A stretch of DNA of 64,000 nucleotides, taken from the NCBI GenBank assembly GCA_022775105.1, contig JALFIX010000141.1:7614-71613 (forward strand). Direction: 5' to 3'. The number at the start of each line of letters is the position of its first letter. Position 1 is the stretch's first letter. This document shows, one piece after another, positions 8,882 to 18,406 of this stretch. The stretch is from Prevotella sp. GTDB taxonomy: Bacteria > Bacteroidota > Bacteroidia > Bacteroidales > Bacteroidaceae. The position numbers were made by a program, and so were the translations under genes. The notes beneath the pieces are model-generated. The model was given only the letters and a program-made list of their open reading frames with translations. It had not been told where the DNA came from and did no database searches.

Positions 8882-10195
8882 ATGACCGCTATGATGAAAA
8901 AGATATTTTATCTGTTGACAATGGCTGTAGCCGTGATGACAGTGGTGTCATGCAGCAACGAGGAAGACGACCTCTTCGGCGACTCGTCGGCTAACAGGGC
9001 TAACGCAGAGGTGAAGAAGACCATCGAGGTGCTAAGTGCACCGTCGAACGGCTGGATTATGCAGTATTTCCCCGGTGAACCCTCAGAGTGGGGCGGATAT
9101 AACATGCTGGTGAAGTTTGATGCCGACGGCAAGGTGAAGGTGGCAAACGAGGTGTCGTTTGCCGACTATACCGAGACGAGTTACTACAGTGTGAAGCAGA
9201 GTGCGGGAGTGATGCTCTCTTTTGACACATACAACAACCTCTTCCACGTGTTCAGTGACCCTTCGGCACCGCTTGCCGGCGATCAGGGCACAGGTATGGA
9301 AGGCGACTACGACTTCAGCGTGATGTCGGCAACTGCTGAGAAGGTGGTGCTCAAGGGAAGAAAGCAGGGCACATACGTGGAGCTGACCCCTATGCCCACG
9401 GACATGACATGGGAGGACTATCTGAAGAAACTGACAGTGGTGAAGAACGAGATGCTGTCGCTGAAATACACGCTTGACATCAATGGCAAGCAGCTCATAG
9501 GTTCACCATACCGCCGCACGCTCGTGTTCAATGACACAGATGCCGACGGCAATGCCACGACGATAAGCGTGCCGTTTGTGTTTGCCCTCGACGGTATGAA
9601 CACCTACGGCAAGGTGAACGTGGATGGAGTGGATATCACGGGATTCAAGTATTCGGAGGATGGCAACTTCGTGTCTCGCGAGGGTGACGCTTCGGTTGTG
9701 TTGAAGCAGGTGGAGCAGCCCTTGAACCAGTTGCTCATCGGCTACCAGTGGTTCTGTTCATACGAGAACATGGGTACATACGGCAAGAAGGCGTGGGCAT
9801 ATTTCGGTCAGGGACTTGAGGAGATTGGCGACGTTCTGATATATGCCTTGGTGGGCACATTCAACAGCCGCTTCGGTTTCCATTTCGCAAGCCTTGCCTC
9901 CGACGGCAATGCCTATTCGGGCGGCTTGAACATGGACGTTACCCTGATAAGCGACAACAAGGTGAAGATGCAGTTCAACCAGAGCGGATATGGCAGCGGT
10001 GCATGGTATCACGAATATGCAAAGATGGATTACGCCCTCTTCCCGTTCGGCTACAACAAGGCGAAGACCTTCACCATCACTACCGACAACGCCAAGATGC
10101 CGTCGTATCTGATACTGTCGGACGACAGTGACAAGAACAACGTCATCAAGCTGAGCTATTCGGTGGTTTATTTCCCGTTCTTGGTGGAAGAATAA
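8882..10195 (+). CDS. DUF4302-like surface lipoprotein, usual partner of the HExxH lipoprotein
   Basis: 437 aa. Lipobox MTVVSCSNEEDDLF with an acidic export-type tail, and only a 3-nt gap to the previous gene. Family name is from memory of the usual gene order and could not be verified here. Confidence 0.6.
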   Translation: MTAMMKKIFYLLTMAVAVMTVVSCSNEEDDLFGDSSANRANAEVKKTIEVLSAPSNGWIMQYFPGEPSEWGGYNMLVKFDADGKVKVANEVSFADYTETSYYSVKQSAGVMLSFDTYNNLFHVFSDPSAPLAGDQGTGMEGDYDFSVMSATAEKVVLKGRKQGTYVELTPMPTDMTWEDYLKKLTVVKNEMLSLKYTLDINGKQLIGSPYRRTLVFNDTDADGNATTISVPFVFALDGMNTYGKVNVDGVDITGFKYSEDGNFVSREGDASVVLKQVEQPLNQLLIGYQWFCSYENMGTYGKKAWAYFGQGLEEIGDVLIYALVGTFNSRFGFHFASLASDGNAYSGGLNMDVTLISDNKVKMQFNQSGYGSGAWYHEYAKMDYALFPFGYNKAKTFTITTDNAKMPSYLILSDDSDKNNVIKLSYSVVYFPFLVEE

Positions 10196-10245
10196 TAAAT
10201 AGATTACGAGTTAATTAACATATTATTTATTTAAAACTTAAAATT

Positions 10246-12126
10246 ATGAGAAAAATTTACTATTTGTTTTTGACAATGCTGTTTGGCATGGTCGGAATGA
10301 CTGTCAATGCACAGGAGGCGAAGTCAATGAAGGTTATCTTCAACGTTGACAATCCTGACAACATCACAATCAATGTTGATGGTGTTGCTCAGCCACTTGT
10401 ACAAGGTGACAATGAAATCACACTCAATGCACCTTATGGTTACTACAATTCTGTGTATGTGAATGCTACTGATGGCAATTTCATTACTAAGGCAACAAAG
10501 GATGGTGCTAATCAGCTTTACAATCCCTACAACACCTCATGGTCGTTTTATCCGTCAGACTCGGATGCAGACAAGATAATTTTCATTGAGACTATTGCAG
10601 GAACAGATGCCCGTACAGCAAGCTGCACCGTGACTGTTGACGATGCTTCAAAGGTAAGAGTACAGCGCAATGGTACTTATACAACGGTTGATCTGCAGAA
10701 TGGCGAGAACACCGTATCTTATATACCAGGATATGAGACAATGTTGATGATTAGTCCAGCAACCTATGGAACTACATTGTACAAGGCAACTCTTAATGGT
10801 GAGGATTTGGTATATTCTAATGGATATTCTGCAAATCTCAACAGTGAGGGTGGAGATAAGATCGACATTCTGGCAAACTTCCCAGAGGGACTTACTTATA
10901 ATATCAAGCTGACTTATGTTGACATAGAAAAGGCTAAGGGTGTAGTTACAGGTGTTACTGTTGACGGTACAGCTATTGATACTTTCAATGACGCAGAAGG
11001 TTTTGATGTGCCGGCTGGAAAGGCTGTTGCCATTTCTTTTGACAACCAAAACTACAAAATTAACGGTGTGACCGTAAATGGTAAGTCTGAAAATGTTTAT
11101 TCTTCATACAGTTTCACTCCAACTGCTGACACAGAGATTAACATTGATGCCCACAAGTATGGCACAGTTAAGGCTACTCTGGATATTGACAACAAGGACA
11201 ACGTGACAGTTTATAAGGGATATTCTTACAATAATGACATTATTGCGGTAGAAAATGGTAAAAATGATATTGAACTTTCTGAGAACAATGCAGTTATTAC
11301 CATCAAGGCTAACTCCGGTTGCTTCATTACATCGGTGACATACGGTGAGACAACTCTCTCTAATCAGAGCGAATATATAATTAAACCTGTTACCGACGGA
11401 ATGGTAATCTCAGTTGTTTCCGGTGCCATCGTTCGCGACAAGTCGTTCACTCTTAACATCGACGACATTACAGCAGCTCAGTATGGCTTCACTTTGACAC
11501 GTGCTTCTGACCGCAGTAATGTAGAGGGTCTTGTAACAGGTAAAAACACGGTGGCTTTTGCCGAAAGTGAGACTCATTACCAGCTTGGTGCTTATGGCGC
11601 TCCTGTATTTGGAGTGTTCAATAGGGGAGTGATGATTAATCCAAACTATCAGGGGAGCTCTTCTGTTGAGTTTGATGTGGAAGATGGAGATGTAATTAAT
11701 GCTTACGTTAAGGAACTTCCTGCAACCTACAATGTGAAGTTCGAGTTGGGTGAAGATATTTATTCTTATCAGTTCAATGAGGTTTCTGCAAGCTTTGTTG
11801 GAGCTTCTGCCCAGTGGATGAATATGGGATATACTGCTATGGATGGTTTCAAATTTCAAATATTCATTAAGCCAATGGATGGCTTGAATATTAAAGTTAA
11901 GGCAGGTGAAACACCTGTCGTTGCAAATGAAGAGGGTGTTTTCATAGTACCTGTTTATGAAGCTACAACAATCAGCATCACCAAGTCAACAGGCACAGGC
12001 ATCAACAGCATCAATACCGAGAATGCCGACAATTCATTCTATACACTCCAGGGTGTTAAGGTCAGAGGCAAGCTGAACAAGGGCTTGTACATCAAGAATG
12101 GCAAGAAGGTATTGGTAAATGAATAA
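10246..12126 (+). CDS. Secreted protein of unknown function with tandem beta-sandwich-like modules and a T9SS C-terminal sorting domain
   Basis: 626 aa. Signal peptide ...MTVNAQE. Recurrent ~90-aa modules (..NGxN.I.L......I.A..G..IT.VT.NG..). C-terminus FYTLQGVKVRGKLNKGLYIKNGKKVLVNE is a typical type-A T9SS CTD. Confidence 0.8.
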   Translation: MRKIYYLFLTMLFGMVGMTVNAQEAKSMKVIFNVDNPDNITINVDGVAQPLVQGDNEITLNAPYGYYNSVYVNATDGNFITKATKDGANQLYNPYNTSWSFYPSDSDADKIIFIETIAGTDARTASCTVTVDDASKVRVQRNGTYTTVDLQNGENTVSYIPGYETMLMISPATYGTTLYKATLNGEDLVYSNGYSANLNSEGGDKIDILANFPEGLTYNIKLTYVDIEKAKGVVTGVTVDGTAIDTFNDAEGFDVPAGKAVAISFDNQNYKINGVTVNGKSENVYSSYSFTPTADTEINIDAHKYGTVKATLDIDNKDNVTVYKGYSYNNDIIAVENGKNDIELSENNAVITIKANSGCFITSVTYGETTLSNQSEYIIKPVTDGMVISVVSGAIVRDKSFTLNIDDITAAQYGFTLTRASDRSNVEGLVTGKNTVAFAESETHYQLGAYGAPVFGVFNRGVMINPNYQGSSSVEFDVEDGDVINAYVKELPATYNVKFELGEDIYSYQFNEVSASFVGASAQWMNMGYTAMDGFKFQIFIKPMDGLNIKVKAGETPVVANEEGVFIVPVYEATTISITKSTGTGINSINTENADNSFYTLQGVKVRGKLNKGLYIKNGKKVLVNE

Positions 12127-12168
12127 ATGTTATTAAATGTATTGTAATACACGATAATTAACTCTTTT

Positions 12169-12211
12169 AAGAGGGGTAGGGAAGACATAATTGTTTTTCC
12201 TTACCCTTCTT
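12169..12211 (+). terminator. Hairpin between the 626-aa T9SS gene and the S8 peptidase gene
   Basis: AAGAGGGGTAGGGAA / TTCCTTACCCTTCTT form a 15-bp stem (two G-T pairs) with a 13-nt loop, followed by T-rich sequence. Confidence 0.5.
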
Positions 12212-12247
12212 TGTTATTTTCTCATATAGTACTCAATTAAGGTTATT

Positions 12248-14593
12248 ATGAATTTTAGATTTTTAACCGTGTCGCTGATGATGGCGGCACTGTCCGCACA
12301 GGCTCAGGTGAAATTGGGTATCTCCGAACAGGTGAGGCTCAGGGAACTGAGGTCGGAATTGCGGCAAACCGATGTTTTCCAATTTAAGAAAAACACATCG
12401 CAGAGAGCGAAAGAACTCATTGGCGTGAATCCCTCACACGCATTGGCTATCGTGCAGATGGCTGAGGGAACAACGGAAGAAGACCTGAAGGCGCAAGGTG
12501 TGAACGTGATTCGCAGCCGCAGTGGCTTCGCCTTCATTGCCGTGCCTTTGGATGACGCCGAGCGCGTGGCATCAGCAAAGGGAATAAAGAGAATACAGTT
12601 TGAGCGTCCGGTGCAGCAGAAGCTGAAGTATGCGCGTTTTGACACTGGCGTTGACAAGATACATCAGGGTATGGGCCTTTCGCAGGCTTATACCGGCAAG
12701 GGAGTTGTATGCGGCATCGTTGACCAGGGATTTGACCTCAGCCACATCAACTTCATAGATGAGAACGGTGACCCGAGGGTCAAGTACTTCGAGAACGTCT
12801 CATATAACTACAATTACAGGAATCCCACCGACCCTATCGCCGTAAGAACGATATACAATACCCCGGACGCAATACTTGGATATAAGACAGATTCCGAGAC
12901 AACATACCATGCTACCCATACCATGGGAATCATGGCAGGAAGCTATAAGGGCACCACAAAGGCGGCACTGTTGGCTGACACAGAGTCGAAGGTGGCTATC
13001 TCCGACATGCCATGCCCGTTCTATGGAGTGGCATACGACTCAGACATCGTGGCTGCCAACTGCGAGGAATACACCGACATCCTTATTGCCATAGCTGTGG
13101 AGGATTTGCTGGGTTATGCAGAGGCATACAACAAACCGATGGTGGTAAACCTTTCCCTTGGTACTAACCAAGGCTCGCACGACGGCAAGGCTGTGGTATG
13201 CCAGTTCTTTGATGCTATAGTTGAGGAACTGAATGCCAAGATTGTTATGGCTACGGGTAATGAGGGCGACCAGAAAATCGCAGCCAACAAGACATTCACG
13301 GCTGACGACAATATATTCCAGACTTTTATCACGGGAGATATATTTGAGACACCTGAGGGTAACATTTATGTACGCTCAGGACAGGTGGATATTTACGGTA
13401 ACGACTTGAATCCGTTCAAGTCATTGCAGGCTATAGTGTGGAACACAACACGTGGTAAGGTGGCGAAGAGATTTAACCTGGAAATCAATGAAGAAACCTT
13501 GGGAACAGGTAAATACTGGTGCTCAAGCTCCGACTATCAGGAGTATGAGGATGATGTGGTTGACGCTACACTCGCACAGTATTTCAGTGGAACAATAGGA
13601 CTTTATAGTGAGGTTGATAGTACAATCGGTCGCTCTCATTGTATTGTTTCGTTTGACCTTGTCGATAATGCTGATAAAAACATTGATAACAACTATAAGA
13701 TAGGATTTATAGTAGAAGGCGAAGCCGGTCAGAGAGTGGATGCCTACACCGTTGGTTATTTCCATGGCTTGAGCGACTGTGGCATTGAAGGATTCACCGA
13801 TGGCTCAAGCAACGGTTCGGTAAGTGACATGGCTTGCGGAAAGCGAACGCTGAGTGTCGGTTCTTATAACACATCCGAGGCTTGGGCGCAATTGGACGGT
13901 TTCCCTTATAGCCAACCTGATGCCGGTATCGAACTTGGCAAGGTTTCTCCATTCTCGTCATACGGAACACTGATTGACGGACGTAATCTGCCGGATGTAG
14001 TGGCTCCGGGTGCATATATTATATCATCAATGAACAGATATTATATGGACGCCTTGAATTATGATGACCCGACAGAATTGTTGAGCGGTGTGGCTACTGT
14101 TAACGGTAAGGATTATCCATACGCATGGGCGGCTGGTACATCCATGGCTTGCCCAATGGTATCGGGTATCATCGCACTATGGCTTGAAGCTGACCCTACG
14201 CTTACCATTGACGACATTCGCGACATTATCAAGAAGACCTCACGAATGGATGCCGACATGCTGGAGGCTGATCCAGTGAAGGTGGGCGCAGGAAAGATTG
14301 ACGCTTACGAAGGACTTAAGGAAGTGCTCAGACGCAAGGACGAGTCGGGAGTGAAGGGCGTGAATGCCGACGACAACCGACTGGTAGTCTCTCAGTCGGG
14401 AGAGCGCGGAGTGAAGGTGTTCCTTGCCGGTGCCAAGGCTCTGAAGACTGAAGTGTTCACAATGGCAGGAGTGAAGGTGTTGGAGCAAAACACCAACGGC
14501 GACGAGACCCTCATCGACCTCAGTGGCAAGAACAAGGGTTCGTATGTCATCCGCGTCAACGGCAAGCAGTCGAAGTGTATTCTTGTGAAGTAA
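12248..14593 (+). CDS. S8 (subtilisin-family) serine peptidase with T9SS C-terminal sorting domain
   Basis: Catalytic triad contexts: CGIVDQGFD (Asp), YHATHTMGIMAGS (His), AGTSMACPMVSGIIALW (Ser). Signal peptide present. C-terminus VFTMAGVKV...GSYVIRVNGKQSKCILVK. Confidence 0.9.
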   Translation: MNFRFLTVSLMMAALSAQAQVKLGISEQVRLRELRSELRQTDVFQFKKNTSQRAKELIGVNPSHALAIVQMAEGTTEEDLKAQGVNVIRSRSGFAFIAVPLDDAERVASAKGIKRIQFERPVQQKLKYARFDTGVDKIHQGMGLSQAYTGKGVVCGIVDQGFDLSHINFIDENGDPRVKYFENVSYNYNYRNPTDPIAVRTIYNTPDAILGYKTDSETTYHATHTMGIMAGSYKGTTKAALLADTESKVAISDMPCPFYGVAYDSDIVAANCEEYTDILIAIAVEDLLGYAEAYNKPMVVNLSLGTNQGSHDGKAVVCQFFDAIVEELNAKIVMATGNEGDQKIAANKTFTADDNIFQTFITGDIFETPEGNIYVRSGQVDIYGNDLNPFKSLQAIVWNTTRGKVAKRFNLEINEETLGTGKYWCSSSDYQEYEDDVVDATLAQYFSGTIGLYSEVDSTIGRSHCIVSFDLVDNADKNIDNNYKIGFIVEGEAGQRVDAYTVGYFHGLSDCGIEGFTDGSSNGSVSDMACGKRTLSVGSYNTSEAWAQLDGFPYSQPDAGIELGKVSPFSSYGTLIDGRNLPDVVAPGAYIISSMNRYYMDALNYDDPTELLSGVATVNGKDYPYAWAAGTSMACPMVSGIIALWLEADPTLTIDDIRDIIKKTSRMDADMLEADPVKVGAGKIDAYEGLKEVLRRKDESGVKGVNADDNRLVVSQSGERGVKVFLAGAKALKTEVFTMAGVKVLEQNTNGDETLIDLSGKNKGSYVIRVNGKQSKCILVK

Positions 14594-14613
14594 TAATATA
14601 ATAAGGTAAAGAT

Positions 14614-17600
14614 ATGAAAAGACTATTTAAAACCTGGCTCGGCTTTGCATCTTTGATGAGCGCAATGCTGTGCCTGCCCCAGACAGTGACGGCGGCAGAG
14701 GAAGAGCCGATTATCGAGTTCAAGACCGTCGTGAACGAAGTTTCGGGCGGTACGTCTGTAACAATATTTATCGGCGGATTCAATAAGGAGGAGGATTACC
14801 TCGATATTGACTGCGGATATGGATTGGAGGAACAGGAGATGGGTATCGCATCGTTTGACAAGGAATCGCAGGGATGGAGCGGAGGTATGACTTATACCTG
14901 CACCCCAAAGGACGGTGTAGTGAAAATCTATGGTGATGCCTCAAACATCGGTGTAATCAACTTCGAGGGTAGCTACATCTCGCAGCTCAAGATGGCTGAG
15001 ATGCCAAACCTTTATTACCTGAATCTCGACCACAACCAACTGGAAGCTCTCGACTTGAGCAACCAGTCGGCATTGCAGTATATCACCGTGGCTGACAACC
15101 CATTCAATGTTAAACCATTGGTGATTGGCGGCAACAAGCCAAACCTTCAGTTGCTCGCCATAGGACAGACAGAGAACATCGACCAGTCGTTCAACATCTC
15201 TGACTATCCCTCTCTTGTGTCATTCGACGCATACGCCTGCAAGGGACTTAAGACGCTCGACCCGAGCGGTTGCCCTAACCTGCAGCAGCTCTCACTCGAC
15301 GGCACACAGCTGACTTCATTGGACGTGAGCAACAACCCCAACCTGACTATCCTCAATATCAGTGATACCAATATCCCTGAAATTGACCTTAGCGGACTTG
15401 ACTTTCTCCAGCAGTTCTATGCTGACCGTCAGGGCACACAGACGAAACTCAAGAAGCTCGACGTAAGCATGAACCGTTCGTTGGTGTATCTCTTTGCGGC
15501 AGGCAACAACTTCACAGAGATTGACCTCACAAAGAATGTTTATCTGCAGCAGCTCTATCTCGCCGACAACCTGTTGACGAATATCGACCTGTCGAAGAAC
15601 CGTAACCTTGTGAACGTCATCTTGCGCAACAACTGTTTCACTTTCGCCACACTGCCCGAACCTCAGGGCACGTGGAGTCAGTATGACTACTATCAGCGCA
15701 ACATGAACGTGCCTTCAACCGTTAAGGTAGGCGATGTGATTGACCTCTCGGACAAGGTGCTGCGTGAGGGTACTACAACTACATGCGCTGTATATTTGGT
15801 GAATGAGACGGAGCTGACAACCACTCTGCTCGACGAGAGCTATTATAAGTATGAGAACGGAAAGATAACATTCTTGGAAGTGCCGTCAGATTATGTGTAT
15901 GTGGCATTCGCCAATGACATGTTCCCAGACCTGCAGCTCGACTATCTGCCTTTGCGTACCAACAACTTCAGGGTTAGAAGTGCCGAGGATTACGGCAAAC
16001 CCGACCAAATGCTCTCACTGTCGGCAAAGATCGGAAGCAACGGTGCTGACGTGAAGGCTAAGATTGGTGTGGCAGGAGCCACGGAGGCAAATCCCAAGAC
16101 TTTCTTCGTTGACTTCGGAGACGGAGTGATGAAGGAGTTCAAGGCTACATCGGAGACAATACCCGCCGAGGTGAACGTGGAAGGTCATAGTGCTTATGGC
16201 ACAGTAGTGTTGTATGTAGAGCAGGATGACCAGCTGAGCGCTCTTGCCATTGAGGACGTGAAGCTCAACAGTATCGACCTGAGTGCGGCTCGCGCCATGC
16301 AGTATCTGAAGCTGACAGGCACAAACCTCTTCAGCATAGACCTCGGATATAACAAGGGATTGAAGAGCCTCGTGCTCAACGGCAACAACTTTGCGTCACT
16401 CAACATACGTGGTGTGAACGACTACTATCAGAAGAACTTCCTGCAGGACATCGACCTCAGCGACAACGGTATGTTCAGTGTGACACTCAACGACATGGGC
16501 ACCATCCACAACCTCAACCTTAGCAATAACATGCTTGAGGAGGTGTCATTCAAGGACGGTGACAACATCGAGACACTCGATATCAGCAACAACTACTTCA
16601 CAACAGTGGATGTGAACTACAGTACGCAGATGACAAAGCTGAACATCAGCAACAACCAAATAACATCAGTGGTGCTGCCGACAGAATTGTCGCTGAAGGA
16701 GTTTGACTGCTCAAACAACGGACTTTCATTTGCCACACTGCCAGTGTTGTCAGGACTTGACAAATATGAGTATGCACCGCAGAACGACGTGACAGTGGCA
16801 ATGCTTGCCCCTGGAATTGACCTCGAAGACCACAATGTGAACAATGCCACGGAATACGTATGGAAGCTGGAGGACGGAACTGTGCTTAAGGAAGGCACTG
16901 ACTATACCATCACCAACGGTATGACACGATTCCTCGCGCCCATCTTCGATAAAAACGTATATTGCGAGATGACAAATCCTGCATTCCCGGGACTTGTTCT
17001 CAAGACAACTGTCGTGAAGGCTTCGGATATGCCTAAACATAAGTTGGCTACATTCACAACACTTGAAGACGGAGATGCAACAATGATTCTCAGGGCTTCA
17101 GCTCCTACGGTTATCTGCATCGACTGGAAGGGTGGCGGTGTGTCAGTGGAGACATACGCAGTGGATGACAACCTTGTCACACTGCCAGTGAAGACGCATG
17201 CTGGAGGCGAATGTGCCGTTTATGCTTACGACGCAGACGCTCCACTTTATGTGTTTAATCTCACCAATGCCAAGTTGGCTGATGTTGACCTTACGAACAT
17301 GACTCAGCTTGTGCTTGCAAATATTGACAATGCAGGTATCTCGGAAATCAAGTTGCCCAACAGCAAAAAACTGATGGAGGTTAAGCTCAACAACAATAAT
17401 TTTGAGGATATCGACCTCTCTAAGTATGCAGACCAGTTGGTGCTCGTGTCAATGAACAACAACAAGTTGACGTCATTCGACGCCACGAAGTTCAGTAACC
17501 TCCGTTTGTTGTATCTTGCCAACAACCAGTTGGAGAATGTTGACCTCAAGAACAACGAGTTGTACTCCCTTGACCTCTCTGGTAATCTCCTCAAGACACT

Positions 17601-18213
17601 TGACGTAACCAAGGTGCCAGAGCTTTACCAACTCTTCCTGACCAACAACCAACTTTCTACTATTGACATCTCGAAGTCGAGCAAGTTGAATATCTTGCAT
17701 ATCGGTATGAATCATTTCCGCTTCAGCACACTGCCACTACCAGGCAAGTATGCCGACTATCAGTATGGTGAGCAGGAGAAGATTGACATCACCGTGGATG
17801 ACAATGGTGTGGTTGACTTGTCTTCGGAGAAGGATGTTGACGGAACTCCGACAACATTCAGATGGTTTATTGATGAACCATGGTATGACGAGGATACAGG
17901 TGAGTTGACAGGAGAGGAACTCTACGTGGATGACGAGTACTTCGTGAAGGATGGTGTCACAACATTCGCAGTGGCATTAGACAATATTGTCGGTGCCATG
18001 CTCAACGAGAAGTTCCCCAACCTCACTATTTATACTAACCCGATTGATGTGAAATCCGTGAGCGCAATACAAGGCGTGGAAGCTGATGACGTGAATGCCC
18101 CAGTGAAGGTATATAGCATTAGCGGTGTAGAAGTTGGCAGCGGAAAACTCAATAATCGCGGAATGTATATCGTCAAGCAAGGGAAGAAGGCGAGGACGAT
18201 AGTTAGGAATTAG
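14614..18213 (+). CDS. Large leucine-rich-repeat surface protein with T9SS C-terminal sorting domain
   Basis: 1199 aa with a signal peptide. Three blocks of ~22-aa LRRs (e.g. LYYLNLDHNQLEALDLSNQSALQYITVADN) are separated by non-LRR domains. C-terminus VKVYSISGVEVGSGKLNNRGMYIVKQGKKARTIVRN. Confidence 0.88.
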   Translation: MKRLFKTWLGFASLMSAMLCLPQTVTAAEEEPIIEFKTVVNEVSGGTSVTIFIGGFNKEEDYLDIDCGYGLEEQEMGIASFDKESQGWSGGMTYTCTPKDGVVKIYGDASNIGVINFEGSYISQLKMAEMPNLYYLNLDHNQLEALDLSNQSALQYITVADNPFNVKPLVIGGNKPNLQLLAIGQTENIDQSFNISDYPSLVSFDAYACKGLKTLDPSGCPNLQQLSLDGTQLTSLDVSNNPNLTILNISDTNIPEIDLSGLDFLQQFYADRQGTQTKLKKLDVSMNRSLVYLFAAGNNFTEIDLTKNVYLQQLYLADNLLTNIDLSKNRNLVNVILRNNCFTFATLPEPQGTWSQYDYYQRNMNVPSTVKVGDVIDLSDKVLREGTTTTCAVYLVNETELTTTLLDESYYKYENGKITFLEVPSDYVYVAFANDMFPDLQLDYLPLRTNNFRVRSAEDYGKPDQMLSLSAKIGSNGADVKAKIGVAGATEANPKTFFVDFGDGVMKEFKATSETIPAEVNVEGHSAYGTVVLYVEQDDQLSALAIEDVKLNSIDLSAARAMQYLKLTGTNLFSIDLGYNKGLKSLVLNGNNFASLNIRGVNDYYQKNFLQDIDLSDNGMFSVTLNDMGTIHNLNLSNNMLEEVSFKDGDNIETLDISNNYFTTVDVNYSTQMTKLNISNNQITSVVLPTELSLKEFDCSNNGLSFATLPVLSGLDKYEYAPQNDVTVAMLAPGIDLEDHNVNNATEYVWKLEDGTVLKEGTDYTITNGMTRFLAPIFDKNVYCEMTNPAFPGLVLKTTVVKASDMPKHKLATFTTLEDGDATMILRASAPTVICIDWKGGGVSVETYAVDDNLVTLPVKTHAGGECAVYAYDADAPLYVFNLTNAKLADVDLTNMTQLVLANIDNAGISEIKLPNSKKLMEVKLNNNNFEDIDLSKYADQLVLVSMNNNKLTSFDATKFSNLRLLYLANNQLENVDLKNNELYSLDLSGNLLKTLDVTKVPELYQLFLTNNQLSTIDISKSSKLNILHIGMNHFRFSTLPLPGKYADYQYGEQEKIDITVDDNGVVDLSSEKDVDGTPTTFRWFIDEPWYDEDTGELTGEELYVDDEYFVKDGVTTFAVALDNIVGAMLNEKFPNLTIYTNPIDVKSVSAIQGVEADDVNAPVKVYSISGVEVGSGKLNNRGMYIVKQGKKARTIVRN

Positions 18214-18265
18214 AAGTTAGAAATTAGAAGTTAGGAATTAGGAATGAGAAGTGAGAAATAAGACA
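18203..18265 (+). repeat. Nine tandem heptamers (TTAGGAA/TTAGAAG/TGAGAAG/TAAGACA) spanning the stop codon of the LRR gene
   Basis: Every unit carries TAG, TGA or TAA. The gene's own stop (18211-18213) is in unit 2. Confidence 0.85.
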
Positions 18266-18306
18266 ATGTTTGGTTAAATAGGGTTAAATATTTAGGCAGA
18301 ACGTAA

Positions 18307-18334
18307 ATTTCTCATTTCTCATTTCTCATTTCTC
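18307..18334 (+). repeat. ATTTCTC x4, complementary to the TGAGAAG/TGAGAAA units at 18245-18258
   Basis: Can form a ~14-bp stem with 18246-18259 and is followed by TCTTTTTT, giving a terminator-like hairpin upstream of the rpsO promoter. Confidence 0.7.
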
Positions 18335-18346
18335 AATCTTTTTTCG

Positions 18347-18354
18347 TACCTTTG
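18347..18354 (+). promoter_or_regulatory. -7 box TAccTTTG upstream of rpsO
   Basis: TAnnTTTGCA match 53 nt upstream of ATG 18407. Confidence 0.6.
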
Positions 18355-18406
18355 CACCCGCATTTTAGCAAACAGTATTTATAACATTATTAATTTAATT
18401 AAATCT

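Noticed and set aside
18355-18406. Autoregulatory pseudoknot or leader structure upstream of rpsO (as known in E. coli), and riboswitch-type leaders upstream of queA, folK, nadB and alaS
   Set aside because: The leaders are short, A/T-rich and show no convincing stems. queA and folK have essentially no untranslated spacer apart from the word arrays.
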